NCBI GenBank assembly: GCA_963675525.2
Contig: CAXXSL010000001.1
Span: forward strand, 1-64,000
Direction: 5' to 3'
DNA from: Anaerohalosphaeraceae bacterium
GTDB lineage: Bacteria > Planctomycetota > Phycisphaerae > Sedimentisphaerales > Anaerohalosphaeraceae
Length of the DNA: 64,000 nucleotides
The translations under genes and the position numbers were made by a program. The notes below the pieces were generated by a model, which searched no databases, was not told the origin of the DNA, and saw nothing but the letters and a program-made list of their open reading frames with translations. Shown here piece after piece: positions 11,088 through 21,854 of this stretch; position 1 is the first letter of the stretch, and each line of letters opens with the position of its first letter.

Positions 11088-11495
11088 CTATTGGGAAACA
11101 CGAATATGAACTTTTCGATTTCGCGGTCCGTCGAATTCGCAGAAAAACAGACCCTGCCACGTCCCTAATTGCATTAATCCGTTTGAGATGAATATCATTT
11201 CACTGCACCCGAACAGAGAAGATTTAACATGCGCGTCGCTGTTTCCTTCATTGTGACGATAGCCCTTGCGAAGTTGGGGAATCAGTGCTTCTAATGTCAG
11301 GAGGATATCGTGCGGCACATCCGGGTCGGCGTTTTCATTGATAGTGATCGCCGCGGTGGTATGCGGACAGGAGACGATGGCCATGCCGGAATTAATGCCG
11401 CTTTTGGAAATGATGTTTTGCACCTGTGAAGTGATGTCAATCATTTCATCCCGGCGACTTGTTCGTACTGAAAATATTTCTTCAACCATAGGCAT
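11088..11495 (-). CDS. yjbQ: YjbQ-family protein (secondary thiamine-phosphate synthase-like)
   Basis: HTTAAITINENADPDV, HNEGNSDAH, LGTWQG..FCEFDGPR; start trimmed to MPMVEE. Confidence 0.9.
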   Translation of the reverse strand: MPMVEEIFSVRTSRRDEMIDITSQVQNIISKSGINSGMAIVSCPHTTAAITINENADPDVPHDILLTLEALIPQLRKGYRHNEGNSDAHVKSSLFGCSEMIFISNGLMQLGTWQGLFFCEFDGPRNRKVHIRVSQ

Positions 11496-11607
11496 AATCA
11501 GTTTCCTCTTTTCAGTTAATAAAAGTGTGGCGACATGAATCACTTGATTATGGCAGCCACAGGGTGTCGCATCCGGCGACTTACGTCGCTCGGCTTTTAT
11601 TTGATTA

Positions 11608-13395
11608 CTACATCTGTTCGACGACGTTGATTCCCAACAGCTCACTCATGCCGTGCCGGATGGTGCGTGCGGTCAGGTCACACAATAGTAAACGCAGGCG
11701 CCGCTGCTCGGCGTCGTCGGCTTTGAGAACGGGGCAGGCATTGTAAAAGCGGCTGAAACTTTGCGCCAGGTCGTACAGGTAGCCGGTTAAATAATTAGGA
11801 CGGCATTCGCTTGCGGCGGCATCAATCGACTGGTCGTAACGGATCAGTATTTTAGCAAGGTCCTTTTCGGCGTCTTCGGTAAACGTCAGGTTTGTGAGAC
11901 CTGCCAGTTCGTTTTCAAGATTGATATCGCCTTTGGACACAATCGACTGAATGCGGGCGTAGGCGTACTGCATATACGGGGCGGTATTGCCTTCCATCGC
12001 GAGCATTTTATCGAAGCTGAAAATGAAGTCGCTGTTGCGGTTGTTAGAGTAGTCGGCGTATTTGACGGCGCCGATGCCGACGGCTTTGGCGATCTCGGCC
12101 TTTTGTTCGTCGGGCAGGTCGGGATTCTTTTCTTCGACGACGGTTGTTGCCCGCTGGACGGCTTCATCGAGCAGGTCTTTGAGCTTGACCGTGCCGCCGG
12201 TGCGGGTCTTGAAGGGTTTGCCGTCTTCGCCCAGCATGGTGCCGAATGTGACGTGTTCCAGTTGAATATTTTCGTTGATCCAGCCGGCCATTTTGGAGAC
12301 GGCAAACAGCATCTGGAAATGCTGCGCCTGCCGGGCATCGGTCACATAAATGACCTTGTCGGCTTTTAACTCATTAATGCGATATCGAAGGGCGGCTAAA
12401 TCCGTTGTGGCATATAAAAACGCCCCATCCGTTTTTTGAATGATAAACGGCAGGGGCTCACCATCTTTATTCTTAAATCCTTCAGGAAAGACACACATTG
12501 CGCCATCCGATTCTACGGCTAAGTCTTTTTGTTTCAGTGCTTCAACAACATCAGATAATTTATCCGCATAAAAACTTTCGCCACGGACATCATCATCGGA
12601 TAGCTGCACACTTAATAAATGATAAATGCCATTGCATGCTGTAAGTGTTAATCTCCGATGTATTTCCCATTGTGTAATAGCAATTGGTTTATGTTTTTGA
12701 AGTTTGTATGTCCAATTCCTTGCATTATTAGCAAAATCATTATCGTTGGCGAAACGGTCTGCCGCCTCCTTATAAAGATTTTCTATTTTTTCAATATCTT
12801 GAGGAGGCATGAGAACAGTACCCCTAGCATCCTTTTCTTGCTCCGATGCAAGTATCTTCTTTTTCTCTTCATCAATAGCTAAAAGCATTCCCATTTGAAG
12901 TCCCCAGTCGCCGATGTGGTTTTGTCGGATGACTTTGTGGCCTTCGAATTCGTAGAGCCGGCTGATGCAGTCGCCGATGATGGTGCTGCGGAGGTGTCCG
13001 ACGTGCATCTGTTTGGCGATGTTCGGGCCGGAGTAATCGACGACGACGGTTTGGGGCGTTTCGGTTTTTTCGATGCCCAGTCGCTGTTTGTCGGTGTTCA
13101 TTTCCAGAAGCCGGTTGGCGAGAAAACCATCTTTAATCCGGAGGTTGATAAAGCCGGGACCGGCGATTTCGGGTGGTTCGCATATATCGGATATATCCAA
13201 TACCTCAACAACCTGTTCGGCAAGCTGTCGGGGATTGATTTTGGCTTTTTTAGCCGCGGCCATAACACCGTTGGCCTGATAGTCGCCGAACTTCGCGTCG
13301 GCTGAGACGCGCACCAAGGCCGGGCAGTCCTGTTTTGTTACTTTTTGGATCGCCTGCGAAATCCGCTGTTCCAGAATATCGGTCAGTCTTTTCAT
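11608..13395 (-). CDS. argS: Arginine--tRNA ligase
   Basis: FGDYQAN, PNIAKQMHVGHLRS, GDWG and DALR anticodon domain. Confidence 0.97.
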   Translation of the reverse strand: MKRLTDILEQRISQAIQKVTKQDCPALVRVSADAKFGDYQANGVMAAAKKAKINPRQLAEQVVEVLDISDICEPPEIAGPGFINLRIKDGFLANRLLEMNTDKQRLGIEKTETPQTVVVDYSGPNIAKQMHVGHLRSTIIGDCISRLYEFEGHKVIRQNHIGDWGLQMGMLLAIDEEKKKILASEQEKDARGTVLMPPQDIEKIENLYKEAADRFANDNDFANNARNWTYKLQKHKPIAITQWEIHRRLTLTACNGIYHLLSVQLSDDDVRGESFYADKLSDVVEALKQKDLAVESDGAMCVFPEGFKNKDGEPLPFIIQKTDGAFLYATTDLAALRYRINELKADKVIYVTDARQAQHFQMLFAVSKMAGWINENIQLEHVTFGTMLGEDGKPFKTRTGGTVKLKDLLDEAVQRATTVVEEKNPDLPDEQKAEIAKAVGIGAVKYADYSNNRNSDFIFSFDKMLAMEGNTAPYMQYAYARIQSIVSKGDINLENELAGLTNLTFTEDAEKDLAKILIRYDQSIDAAASECRPNYLTGYLYDLAQSFSRFYNACPVLKADDAEQRRLRLLLCDLTARTIRHGMSELLGINVVEQM

Positions 13396-13406
13396 TATTT
13401 CAATTG

Positions 13407-13769
13407 TTACTCGTTGATCTTCAGTTTTTTTGCGTCGCCCCAGAGCATGTCGAGGTTGTAATAGTCCCGGTGATGCTGGTCAAAGATATGCACGACCACC
13501 GTGACAAAATCCAGGAGAATCCACTGGCCCTTGTCATGGCCGGCAATACCAAACCGCTGGTGTCCCTGCTGTTTGGCTTCGACGCTGATCTCGTCGGCGA
13601 CGGTGCGGCTTTGGCGGTCACTGGTGCCGGTGGCGATGACATAGAAGTTGGTGGCCGGGCTGATGCCGGTCAGATCCAGTACTGTGATATCGGTGCAGTG
13701 GCGGTCATGGGCGATCTTTGCTGCCGCCAGCGCCAACTCTTTGTCTTCGGTCATTTTCTTTTTAGTCAT
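13407..13769 (-). CDS. rsfS: Ribosome silencing factor
   Basis: VIATGTSDRQ and WILLDF..VVVHIF...R.YY.LD.LW motifs. Confidence 0.95.
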   Translation of the reverse strand: MTKKKMTEDKELALAAAKIAHDRHCTDITVLDLTGISPATNFYVIATGTSDRQSRTVADEISVEAKQQGHQRFGIAGHDKGQWILLDFVTVVVHIFDQHHRDYYNLDMLWGDAKKLKINE

Positions 13770-13804
13770 TTGTTTTAGAGTTCAAAATTAAACATTTTTA
13801 CATT

Positions 13805-13833
13805 AAAAAGGGGCACCCATTCAGGGCGCCCCT
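13805..13833 (-). terminator. Intrinsic terminator after hppA
   Basis: GC-rich stem AGGGGCGCCC...GGGTGCCCC followed by TTTTT on the minus strand. Confidence 0.7.
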
Positions 13834-13875
13834 ATAGGCTAATCGAAACAGTGTGTTGCGTCAAGCGCCAAAGGC

Positions 13876-16305
13876 TTAGTTGCCTACGCCGACTAGATTA
13901 GAGAACCAATCCCCAATAATTGGAGCAAACTTCACAACCACGCCGCTGAATACCACGCTGACCATGGTCATCAGCTTAATCAGGATATTCAGGCTTGGGC
14001 CGGAGGTGTCTTTGAACGGGTCACCAACGGTGTCACCGACAACGGCAGCGCCGTGGACGGGGTTCTTTGTGCCATCAGGCAGTTTCTTTCCGCCGTGGGC
14101 GCCTTTTTCGATGTATTTCTTGGCGTTATCCCATGCACCACCGGCGTTGTTCAGCATGATGGCCAGTGAGAAACCAGCCGTCAAACCACCCGCCAAAAGC
14201 CCCATGACGCCGGGCACACCCAGAAGCAGACCGGTCAGAACCGGAACAATGATTGCCAGAGCTGAAGGAACAACCATTTCCTTTTGTGCGCCGGCGGTCG
14301 AGATTGATACGCAGCTTGCGTAATCCGGCTTACCGGTGCCTTCCATAATGCCCGGGATTTCACGGAACTGACGGCGAACTTCATTCACCATGGCACCTGC
14401 GGCACGACCGACAGCTTTCATGGTCATTGCACAGAAGACAAATGCCATCATGGCACCGATGAACATGCCGCAAATCAGTTTCGGGTTCATGATGGACATG
14501 TTGTACGCATTGACGAAGTCCATAACGGTTGCAACCTTTGCCGAAGCGGCGGTAAAAGCCACTTCGCCTACATGGTAAACACCGTCGGCATTACCGTCGG
14601 CCAACTTGCCGATCCAGATACGGATTTCTTCGATATAAGCAGCCAGCAGGGCCATCGCAGTCAATGCCGCAGAACCGATGGCAAAACCCTTGCCGGTTGC
14701 GGCGGTTGTGTTGCCGAGTGAATCCAGTGCATCGGTACGCTTACGAACTTCTTCACCGAGGCCGGCCATTTCAGCGTTACCGCCTGCATTGTCAGCAATC
14801 GGACCGTATGCGTCGGTGGCCAGCGTGATGCCAAGTGTCGAAAGCATACCAACCGCTGCGAAACCAATACCGTAGAGACCCATTGACAGGTCGCTGAATC
14901 CGCCGGCGAAAGCAAACGCACAGATGATGCCAACCGCGATGGTTACCACCGACCAACCGGTCGAGAACATACCGACGGCCAGACCATCGATAATGCAGGT
15001 GGCAGGGCCCATGTTGCACTGTTCGGCAATACCCTTGGTGGGTTTGTATTCATCCGAGGTGTAGTATTCGGTAATCTGACCGATGATCACACCTGCGGCA
15101 AGACCGGAAATGACCGAACCGAAGATGCCCCAGGTGATCATGTCCATCTTAGCCATGACTGCCAGAACGACCAGAATCAGAACCGAACTGCCCAGTGTGC
15201 CTTTCAGAAGGGCTGTCAGCAGTTGTTTCTGCGTGGCGCCCTCTTTACATTTAATCATAAACATACCGGCGATGGAGAGCAGAATGCCGATTGCGGCCAC
15301 GATCATCGGAGCCAGAACCGCCATCAGCGGGTCAATGCCAAATTTTTGGAGTGTACCCATTGAAAGGGCGGCGCCGAGAGCGGCGGTTGCCAGAATCGAA
15401 CCGCAATAGCTTTCGTACAGGTCAGCACCCATACCAGCTACGTCGCCGACGTTGTCGCCAACGTTATCGGCAATGGTTGCGGGGTTACGCGGGTCATCTT
15501 CCGGAATACCGGCTTCGACCTTACCGACAAGGTCAGCACCGACATCTGCGGCCTTGGTGTAAATACCGCCGCCGACACGTGCGAACAATGCCTGTGTGGA
15601 AGCACCCATACCGAAGGTAATCATGGTCGTGGTGATTTCAACGAGCTTATGGTCTTGTTCCATGCCTGCTTTTACAAGCTGCAATCCCAGAAAAGACAGA
15701 CCGTTTTCCATGTTCGCGACAGTATAAATCAGTTTGTCCAGTACCAGGTACCACAGGGCGATGTCCAGCAGACCAAAGCCGACCACGACCAAGCCCATGA
15801 CGGCACCGGAGCGGAACGCAACGGTCAAGCCTTTATTCAGGCTTTCACTGGCGCCCTGAGCGGTACGGGCCGACGCGTTGGTGGCGGTTTTCATGCCGAG
15901 GAAACCGCATAAGCCGCTGAAGAATCCACCGGTCAGGAATGCAACGGGAACAAAGGGATTCTGAACGCCTTTGTATGCCAGAAACGCGAAAATCGCCAGC
16001 AGAACAACGAAAACCAGAGAGACCACCTTGTACTGGCGGAACAGATACGCATAGGCACCTTCGCGCACGTGCGTAGCGATTTCGATCATCTTTTCGTTGC
16101 CTTCCGGGGCACTCATCATCTTCTTATAGAAGAAGATGGCAAAGCCCAGAGCCAAGACCGAGCAGATAACCGCAAAATAGGGCCCCCATGCACCTGAGGG
16201 CGGCACAGAGGCCGAAGCATCGGATACCATTTCCTCTGCGATAGCGGTTGCGGATAATGCCAGTACCGGCAATCCCAACAATCCTGATTTCATTAATCCT
16301 TTCAC
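13876..16305 (-). CDS. hppA: Membrane-bound K+-dependent Na+(/H+)-translocating pyrophosphatase
   Basis: [35 protein letters not shown] and [10 protein letters not shown] motifs. Confidence 0.95.
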   Translation of the reverse strand: MKGLMKSGLLGLPVLALSATAIAEEMVSDASASVPPSGAWGPYFAVICSVLALGFAIFFYKKMMSAPEGNEKMIEIATHVREGAYAYLFRQYKVVSLVFVVLLAIFAFLAYKGVQNPFVPVAFLTGGFFSGLCGFLGMKTATNASARTAQGASESLNKGLTVAFRSGAVMGLVVVGFGLLDIALWYLVLDKLIYTVANMENGLSFLGLQLVKAGMEQDHKLVEITTTMITFGMGASTQALFARVGGGIYTKAADVGADLVGKVEAGIPEDDPRNPATIADNVGDNVGDVAGMGADLYESYCGSILATAALGAALSMGTLQKFGIDPLMAVLAPMIVAAIGILLSIAGMFMIKCKEGATQKQLLTALLKGTLGSSVLILVVLAVMAKMDMITWGIFGSVISGLAAGVIIGQITEYYTSDEYKPTKGIAEQCNMGPATCIIDGLAVGMFSTGWSVVTIAVGIICAFAFAGGFSDLSMGLYGIGFAAVGMLSTLGITLATDAYGPIADNAGGNAEMAGLGEEVRKRTDALDSLGNTTAATGKGFAIGSAALTAMALLAAYIEEIRIWIGKLADGNADGVYHVGEVAFTAASAKVATVMDFVNAYNMSIMNPKLICGMFIGAMMAFVFCAMTMKAVGRAAGAMVNEVRRQFREIPGIMEGTGKPDYASCVSISTAGAQKEMVVPSALAIIVPVLTGLLLGVPGVMGLLAGGLTAGFSLAIMLNNAGGAWDNAKKYIEKGAHGGKKLPDGTKNPVHGAAVVGDTVGDPFKDTSGPSLNILIKLMTMVSVVFSGVVVKFAPIIGDWFSNLVGVGN

Positions 16306-16508
16306 GATTACATTCCTTTCCGTTTAAAATGTTGAATAAGTCACAAAATTATGGTTATAGAACGTCCGTCAATTTTATAGGCGAAAATCGTCCATAGTGT
16401 ACCCATTCCAATGCTGTTTTCAACCTTTTTATAGGTATTTTTGGTGAAACTTCGGATTTTCTGAATTCCGAAGAGTCGGTCTCTTGTTTGTCGGGGGAAA
16501 TCTAACAG

Positions 16509-17711
16509 TTATGTGTGGTAATCGGCGTTAATGGTGACATAATCCCGACTCAAGTCGCATCCATAACAGAAATCCTGATATTTTCCGACACCCAGATCAA
16601 CGGTGATGGTGTGCTCCTTTTGGCGGATGATCCGGGAGACTTCTTTGGCGTTGAAATTCGTGGGTTTTCCATTTCGGAAGACGAAAGTATCGCCGATTTT
16701 GCAGGAAAGCCTGGCAGGGTCGAGTTTTACGCCGGACGAACCGACCGCGCAGATAATCCGTCCCCAGTTGGGGTCGCCGCCGTGAATGGCACATTTGACC
16801 AGGTCGTAGTCGGCGACCGCTCGGGCGGCTTTCAGCGCATCTTCTTTTTTGGCGGCGCCTTTGATTTCAACCTTGAACATGCGTGTAGCCCCTTCGGCGT
16901 CCAACGCCATCTGGCGGGCCAGGTCGCCGCACAGGTCATTGAGTGCCCGGACAAAGCGCCGGTAGCCGGAGTCCTGTTTTTTGATGGATTTGTTTTCCGC
17001 TAAACCGGATGCGAGTATCATTGCGGTGTCGTTGGTACTTTGGTGACCGTCCACAGTAAGACGATTTAACGACAGACCGATCGCGTTTTTCAATGTCTTG
17101 CCAAGCAGGGGTCTGCTGATGGCGATGTCGGTTGTGATGACGCAAATAGTCGTCGCCATGTTTGGGCCGATCATACCGGCGCCTTTGGCCGTTCCGGCAA
17201 GCGTGACGATTTTTCCGTAAATATCAACCGTGCGAAAGGCCTGTTTGCAACGGGTATCCGTCGTCATAATGGCCCTGGAGAAGTTGTTTCCTGCGGCCTG
17301 GCTGTCACTGAGAAGTTTAACGGCACTGGAAATCCCGGCGGTAATCTTAGTGATCGGAAGTTGCCTGCCGATGATGCCGGTCGAGGCCAGCAGGATATGG
17401 TCCGCTTCAATGTTTAGTTCCTTGGCGACTTTGGTGCACATGACTTTGGCAGCCATCAACCCCTTGGTGCCCGTACAGGCATTGGCGTTTCCACTGTTAA
17501 TGACCGTTGCGTAAATAGGCTGGTTTTGGAGATGCTGTTTGCATACGGTAACGGATGCGGACTGGATGGCATTGGTGGTAAAGACCGCTGCCGCCTTGGC
17601 CCCGGCGGGACAATAAAGCAACGCCAGATCCGGATTGCCCGACCGCTTCACGCCACAATGCAATCCCGCCGCAACAAATCCCTTCGGTGCCGTAATCGTT
17701 TCATTCGCCAT
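16509..17711 (-). CDS. argJ: Ornithine acetyltransferase / N-acetylglutamate synthase
   Basis: NSGNANACTG, IMTTDT, KGAGMIGPNMAT, STNDT and DPNWGRI motifs. Confidence 0.96.
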   Translation of the reverse strand: MANETITAPKGFVAAGLHCGVKRSGNPDLALLYCPAGAKAAAVFTTNAIQSASVTVCKQHLQNQPIYATVINSGNANACTGTKGLMAAKVMCTKVAKELNIEADHILLASTGIIGRQLPITKITAGISSAVKLLSDSQAAGNNFSRAIMTTDTRCKQAFRTVDIYGKIVTLAGTAKGAGMIGPNMATTICVITTDIAISRPLLGKTLKNAIGLSLNRLTVDGHQSTNDTAMILASGLAENKSIKKQDSGYRRFVRALNDLCGDLARQMALDAEGATRMFKVEIKGAAKKEDALKAARAVADYDLVKCAIHGGDPNWGRIICAVGSSGVKLDPARLSCKIGDTFVFRNGKPTNFNAKEVSRIIRQKEHTITVDLGVGKYQDFCYGCDLSRDYVTINADYHT

Positions 17712-17742
17712 AATCTGTCTCCATTGTACTGTAATGTCTTAT

Positions 17743-18081
17743 TTAATCCCGATACAACTGCCCCCGCAGCAACGCTTTGCCCTGATAGCGAATTTCGACT
17801 GTTTGGCCCTTTTCCAACGGAGGCAGAATAGATGGACCCTCTGTGTCGATCTTGCCCTTGCTAGCTTCAATGGATATTGAGCCAAGATTTTGGTCATCGA
17901 TAAAAACATCCGCGGTTGAATAGTGGGGCAGTTTCAATTTGCGAACCTTGACTTCCAATCGTTCGCTTTCTTTATACCATGTGGCCTCCATTTTACCACT
18001 TGGCCCGGATGAGAAAACACCCATCGGCTGAATCGATTTTAACTTTGCTTCCAATTGTTCCCTAATTCGGCGAATCGTCAT
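17743..18081 (-). CDS. Hypothetical protein
   Basis: 112-aa ORF with RBS AAGGA, co-oriented with its neighbours. Confidence 0.7.
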   Translation of the reverse strand: MTIRRIREQLEAKLKSIQPMGVFSSGPSGKMEATWYKESERLEVKVRKLKLPHYSTADVFIDDQNLGSISIEASKGKIDTEGPSILPPLEKGQTVEIRYQGKALLRGQLYRD

Positions 18082-18110
18082 TTAGCAATCCTTTAAGCTA
18101 ATCCAGTTTT

Positions 18111-18183
18111 TAGGGTGGGCCATGCCCACTCTGTTTATTAGTTGGAAGAAAGCATGGTCATTCCCGCGCAGGCGGGAATCCAG
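18111..18183. repeat. Two REP-like palindromes
   Basis: TAGGGTGGGCCATGCCCACT and GTCATTCCCGCGCAGGCGGGAATCCAG; related copies at 21699-21763 and 55114-55132. Confidence 0.7.
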
Positions 18184-18221
18184 CGTTATTATTATGCTTC
18201 AAACCGATTAAAAATCAAGCA

Positions 18222-18695
18222 TTAATTGGGCTTGGTGAAATCCCGTTGATCTTTTTTGGAAGCCGGTTTTCTGAAAATCAAAAAGATAAAGAAGGCCGTC
18301 CAAATCAAAACAGATAGCCAAATAAGGATTAAAACATGATCGGGTTTTTCAGTGAAAATGTCGGGATATAATAGACAATATGCAAAAAAAAGGACTAATG
18401 TGAAAAACAAAGCTTTCAAGGCATTACTGAATGTATTCATTTTGAAGCTGGTGTATTCTCGGTCCTTTTCGTTTATCCATTGCTTAACGATTTTCTCAGC
18501 AGTAAGCCGTTCTTCTCGGGGAACAGCAATATAAAACCGTAGAGGACACTTAATTGAGCCTCTTTGCAACCCTGGCATATAACGTTCACGACAGAGTGGG
18601 TCACAGAATACTTGCGGTGTGTAACCGTGATGTTTTAACTGCTCAACGAGTTCTTCAAAGTGTCCTTCTGTATGATATAAAATTGCCCATTTCAA
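18222..18695 (-). CDS. Hypothetical membrane protein (two C-terminal TM helices)
   Basis: 3' part of ORF 18222-19073; probable TTG start at 18695 after RBS GAAGGAG. Confidence 0.6.
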   Translation of the reverse strand: MKWAILYHTEGHFEELVEQLKHHGYTPQVFCDPLCRERYMPGLQRGSIKCPLRFYIAVPREERLTAEKIVKQWINEKDREYTSFKMNTFSNALKALFFTLVLFFAYCLLYPDIFTEKPDHVLILIWLSVLIWTAFFIFLIFRKPASKKDQRDFTKPN

Positions 18696-18723
18696 AAAAT
18701 GTTCTCCTTCGGTTGTGGTTTGG

Positions 18724-19761
18724 TTACATTTGCCGATCGTTCGTGGTTGCTTTCGGCAGGAGGGCGTTGCGAATCGGCTCAAACCATTGGTCCTTGTCAA
18801 TGTCGTATACAATAAAGTCCGAATCGAACTGCCAATACGCCCAACTGAATCCGAACTGTTCAGCCGTCCGGGCAATGAATGCAGTATATCGCACGCGCGA
18901 ATCGATGTCCCCTTTGTCATAAGCGCCGAATTCACCCAGCAGAATCGGACGATTGTATTTTTCCGACCAATCCTTAACCTTCCGAAAATCATCAAGGACT
19001 GCCTGTTTGTCTGTTTCATCGGCAGGCCAGATGATGCCTGTTTTGTCTGTATGCTGAGGTGTCCACGGTGCACCCTGATGTGTGAAAGTCATGGGTTTGT
19101 AATAGTGAACCGTTACGATGATGCTGCGGTCGTCCTCAGGCAGGATCAACTCGTTAAGATGATCAACCGAATTCCACGACGGTGGGCCAATGATTACCGT
19201 GCGTTTCGGATTTGTTTCGCGAATAATAGTGAGCGCCTCCCGGTAATAGGTGTCCCACAATGCCGGCGTCAATTCCCGGCAGGGTTCATTGAGAATTTCA
19301 AAGAAAACAGTGTTCGGTGCATTTTTAAAACGCGAAGCAATCTGCTTCCAGAAGGCCAAAAACATGGACTTTAAACCCGCCGGGTCTTTCCCCAAAGCGT
19401 TGAATTCATGCATATCCAGGATAACCGCCAGTTTGTTGTCCAGTGCATTTTTTACGGCCCAGTCCAGCGTCTGGAGCCATGCCGGGTCGAGTTGATAGTC
19501 ATTCTTTTTGTCCATGTGGCGGAAAGGGTGTAGATTGATCCGCACACTGTCGAATCCCGCTTCTTTGATCAGCGCGAAGTGTTTGGCCTTGAAACGGCCC
19601 TGATCCGGCGATTTCCAGATGGGATCGTATCCGATGATATTAACACCCCGGCCGAGTTTGCGATTCATTTCAAATACGTCCGCCCCTTTGGCATTGGGCA
19701 CAGACACGACAGTCAAAACGCAGAATAGGATTCCTGCTGAAATAATAGATTTCGATAACAT
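18724..19761 (-). CDS. Secreted GH5 glycoside hydrolase (cellulase family)
   Basis: Signal peptide; FEILNEP, VHYY and LGEFG catalytic motifs. Confidence 0.92.
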   Translation of the reverse strand: MLSKSIISAGILFCVLTVVSVPNAKGADVFEMNRKLGRGVNIIGYDPIWKSPDQGRFKAKHFALIKEAGFDSVRINLHPFRHMDKKNDYQLDPAWLQTLDWAVKNALDNKLAVILDMHEFNALGKDPAGLKSMFLAFWKQIASRFKNAPNTVFFEILNEPCRELTPALWDTYYREALTIIRETNPKRTVIIGPPSWNSVDHLNELILPEDDRSIIVTVHYYKPMTFTHQGAPWTPQHTDKTGIIWPADETDKQAVLDDFRKVKDWSEKYNRPILLGEFGAYDKGDIDSRVRYTAFIARTAEQFGFSWAYWQFDSDFIVYDIDKDQWFEPIRNALLPKATTNDRQM

Positions 19762-19797
19762 CCAAACCTCCCAATATAAGTTCCGGTTTACAGTGTA

Positions 19798-20649
19798 TCA
19801 CAAGCTCATGGTGTCTGTTGACCGAGGGTCATTTATCGACTCCCGCTGATTGTTCAGTTTTCCTTCAATCACCATGTTGCGGAAGGGGGCGGAGGGGTCG
19901 TAGAATTTTTCGCAGGTTTCAACCGCGTTGAGCATCAGGCCGTCGGTGTGGTCAGTTAATTGCTCGACTATGCGTCCATCCGGCTGGATAAAGCACGACG
20001 GGTACGGACAGAACCAGCCGCAGGCGTTGGCCATGCTGACCCAGAAGCCGTTATTGGCGGCGTTAGCCTGCATTGTTTGCCGCATGATGTCGGTATGCAC
20101 GCTGGGCCCTTGCTGGCGGGCGTTATAGAATGATTGAAAGACGCACTTGACACCTTCTTTATACAGTTGGCGGTATAACTCCGGAAACCGCAGGTCGAAA
20201 CAAATCAGTAGCGAACATCGCACGCCGTTGATGTCAAAGACGACGAACCGGCTGCCCGGCGTATAATTGTCCAAATCCAGTTGTGTGCCGAAACGCTTGT
20301 CATAACGGTCAACGAGTCTACCTTCCGGCGAAATCAGATACAGGCAGTTGTGTGGTTTATGCGGCTCGGTCAGACGGTGCGAACTGCCGAGCACAACCCA
20401 AAGATTCAGTTTCTCCGCCAGTTCGATGATCTCCAGCGTTTTTTCTTTGAGCAAGTCCCAGTTATAATTGTCAAAACTTTCAAAATCCACGCCGGCATAT
20501 CCGCTCAGTGCGCACTCGGAAAAATGGACGATGTCCGCATTTTTCTCTGCGGCTTCGGTCATTAGTTTGTTTATCTTTGCGGCGTTGGCTTCAATATCGG
20601 CGCTGACGCCGAACTGACACGTCACAATTTGCAGTACACCTTCGGGCAT
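19798..20649 (-). CDS. Carbon-nitrogen hydrolase (nitrilase family)
   Basis: E-K-C triad: FSECALSGY, YDK, ICFDLRFPE. Confidence 0.9.
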   Translation of the reverse strand: MPEGVLQIVTCQFGVSADIEANAAKINKLMTEAAEKNADIVHFSECALSGYAGVDFESFDNYNWDLLKEKTLEIIELAEKLNLWVVLGSSHRLTEPHKPHNCLYLISPEGRLVDRYDKRFGTQLDLDNYTPGSRFVVFDINGVRCSLLICFDLRFPELYRQLYKEGVKCVFQSFYNARQQGPSVHTDIMRQTMQANAANNGFWVSMANACGWFCPYPSCFIQPDGRIVEQLTDHTDGLMLNAVETCEKFYDPSAPFRNMVIEGKLNNQRESINDPRSTDTMSL

Positions 20650-20664
20650 TTCATTGCTCCTGTT

Positions 20665-21672
20665 TTATTCCAGTCCCATTGTCTCCGGCAGGTCGAACAG
20701 GATGTTCATGTTCTGAATGGCCTGTCCGGATGCGCCTTTTATCAGGTTATCGATTACCGAGAACACGACGACTTTGCCTTTGGCGACGGTCGGAAAGATA
20801 TGACAATAGTTGCTCTTAGCAACGTTCTTGACGGCAGGAGGCTTGCTTACTACCTGCACGAACGGCTCATCCTTATAAAAGTCCTGGTACAGTTCCAGTA
20901 TTTGTTTGGGGGTTATCTCTTTTGCCGGGTCGGAATAGGTACTTGAAACAATGCCCCGGTCAAACGGCCCGACATGCGGCTGGAACAGCAGTTCAACCGG
21001 TTTGCCTGCAACCGATGATGCGACCTGTTCCATCTCCGGCATGTGCCGGTGGACGCCGACACCGTAGGGATAGATGTTTTCGTTCATATACGGAAAGTGG
21101 AAATTGGGTGATGGGTTCTTCCCGCCGCCGGAAACGCCGGTTACAGAACTGACGACGATGCCGCCAGGTTTAATCAGCCCGTTTTTCAGTGCCGGAGTCA
21201 ATGCCAGAACCGCCCCGGTCGGGTAACAGCCGGGATTGGCAACCAGTTTGGCGCCTTTGATCTTGCTTCGGAATAATTCGGGCAGTCCATAGATCGCATG
21301 GGCGAGATTTTCCGTGTCGGTGTGCGGCTGGTAGTATTTTTCATATACCGCGACATCCTTGATTCTGTAATCGGCACTGAAATCGATGACCTTCACACCC
21401 GCATCGAGCAGTTTCGGCACGAAGCCCATCGACACCTTATGCGGCAGACAACCCAGCACAACATCGGCTTTATCGGCTAGTTTTGCAAGGTCCAGCGGCT
21501 CGATCATCATATCCAGCCGGCCTCGAAGCTGTCCGAACGTATCGGCGGCATGACCGCACTCTTCGGGCAGGGCGGTTAGGTAGGTGACTTCGGCCTGCGG
21601 ATGCCGCAGGATGATTTCAATGGATTCAACGCCGGTATAACCGCTGGCTCCGATGATTGCTACACGTATCAT
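20665..21672 (-). CDS. argC: N-acetyl-gamma-glutamyl-phosphate reductase
   Basis: GASGYTG, ANPGCYPT and IDNLIKGASGQAIQN motifs. Confidence 0.97.
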   Translation of the reverse strand: MIRVAIIGASGYTGVESIEIILRHPQAEVTYLTALPEECGHAADTFGQLRGRLDMMIEPLDLAKLADKADVVLGCLPHKVSMGFVPKLLDAGVKVIDFSADYRIKDVAVYEKYYQPHTDTENLAHAIYGLPELFRSKIKGAKLVANPGCYPTGAVLALTPALKNGLIKPGGIVVSSVTGVSGGGKNPSPNFHFPYMNENIYPYGVGVHRHMPEMEQVASSVAGKPVELLFQPHVGPFDRGIVSSTYSDPAKEITPKQILELYQDFYKDEPFVQVVSKPPAVKNVAKSNYCHIFPTVAKGKVVVFSVIDNLIKGASGQAIQNMNILFDLPETMGLE

Positions 21673-21698
21673 TAATATAGTCCTTTCTGTTTTGTGTT

Positions 21699-21763
21699 GT
21701 CATTCCCGCGAAGGCGGGAATCCATGCTTTCACTCTGGATCCCGGCTCGAAGGCCGGGATGAC
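21699..21763. repeat. Inverted pair of REP-like palindromes
   Basis: GTCATTCCCGCGAAGGCGGGAATCCA...TGGATCCCGGCTCGAAGGCCGGGATGAC. Confidence 0.75.
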
Positions 21764-21797
21764 GTAAGAAACAGGGTTCTCTTTTCATTCCGGGCAT

Positions 21798-21824
21798 AAA
21801 AAAAGCCGCCCATTCCGGCGGCTT
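21798..21824 (-). terminator. Intrinsic terminator after rpsI
   Basis: AAGCCGCCGG-AAT-GGGCGGCTTTTTTT on the minus strand. Confidence 0.75.
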
Positions 21825-21854
21825 ATTGTAATCGGTCGTCCCGAATAATGCAAC

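Noticed and set aside
18696..19073. N-terminal half of the 283-aa ORF 18222-19073
   Set aside because: It overlaps the GH5 gene in another frame; a better RBS and start lie at 18695
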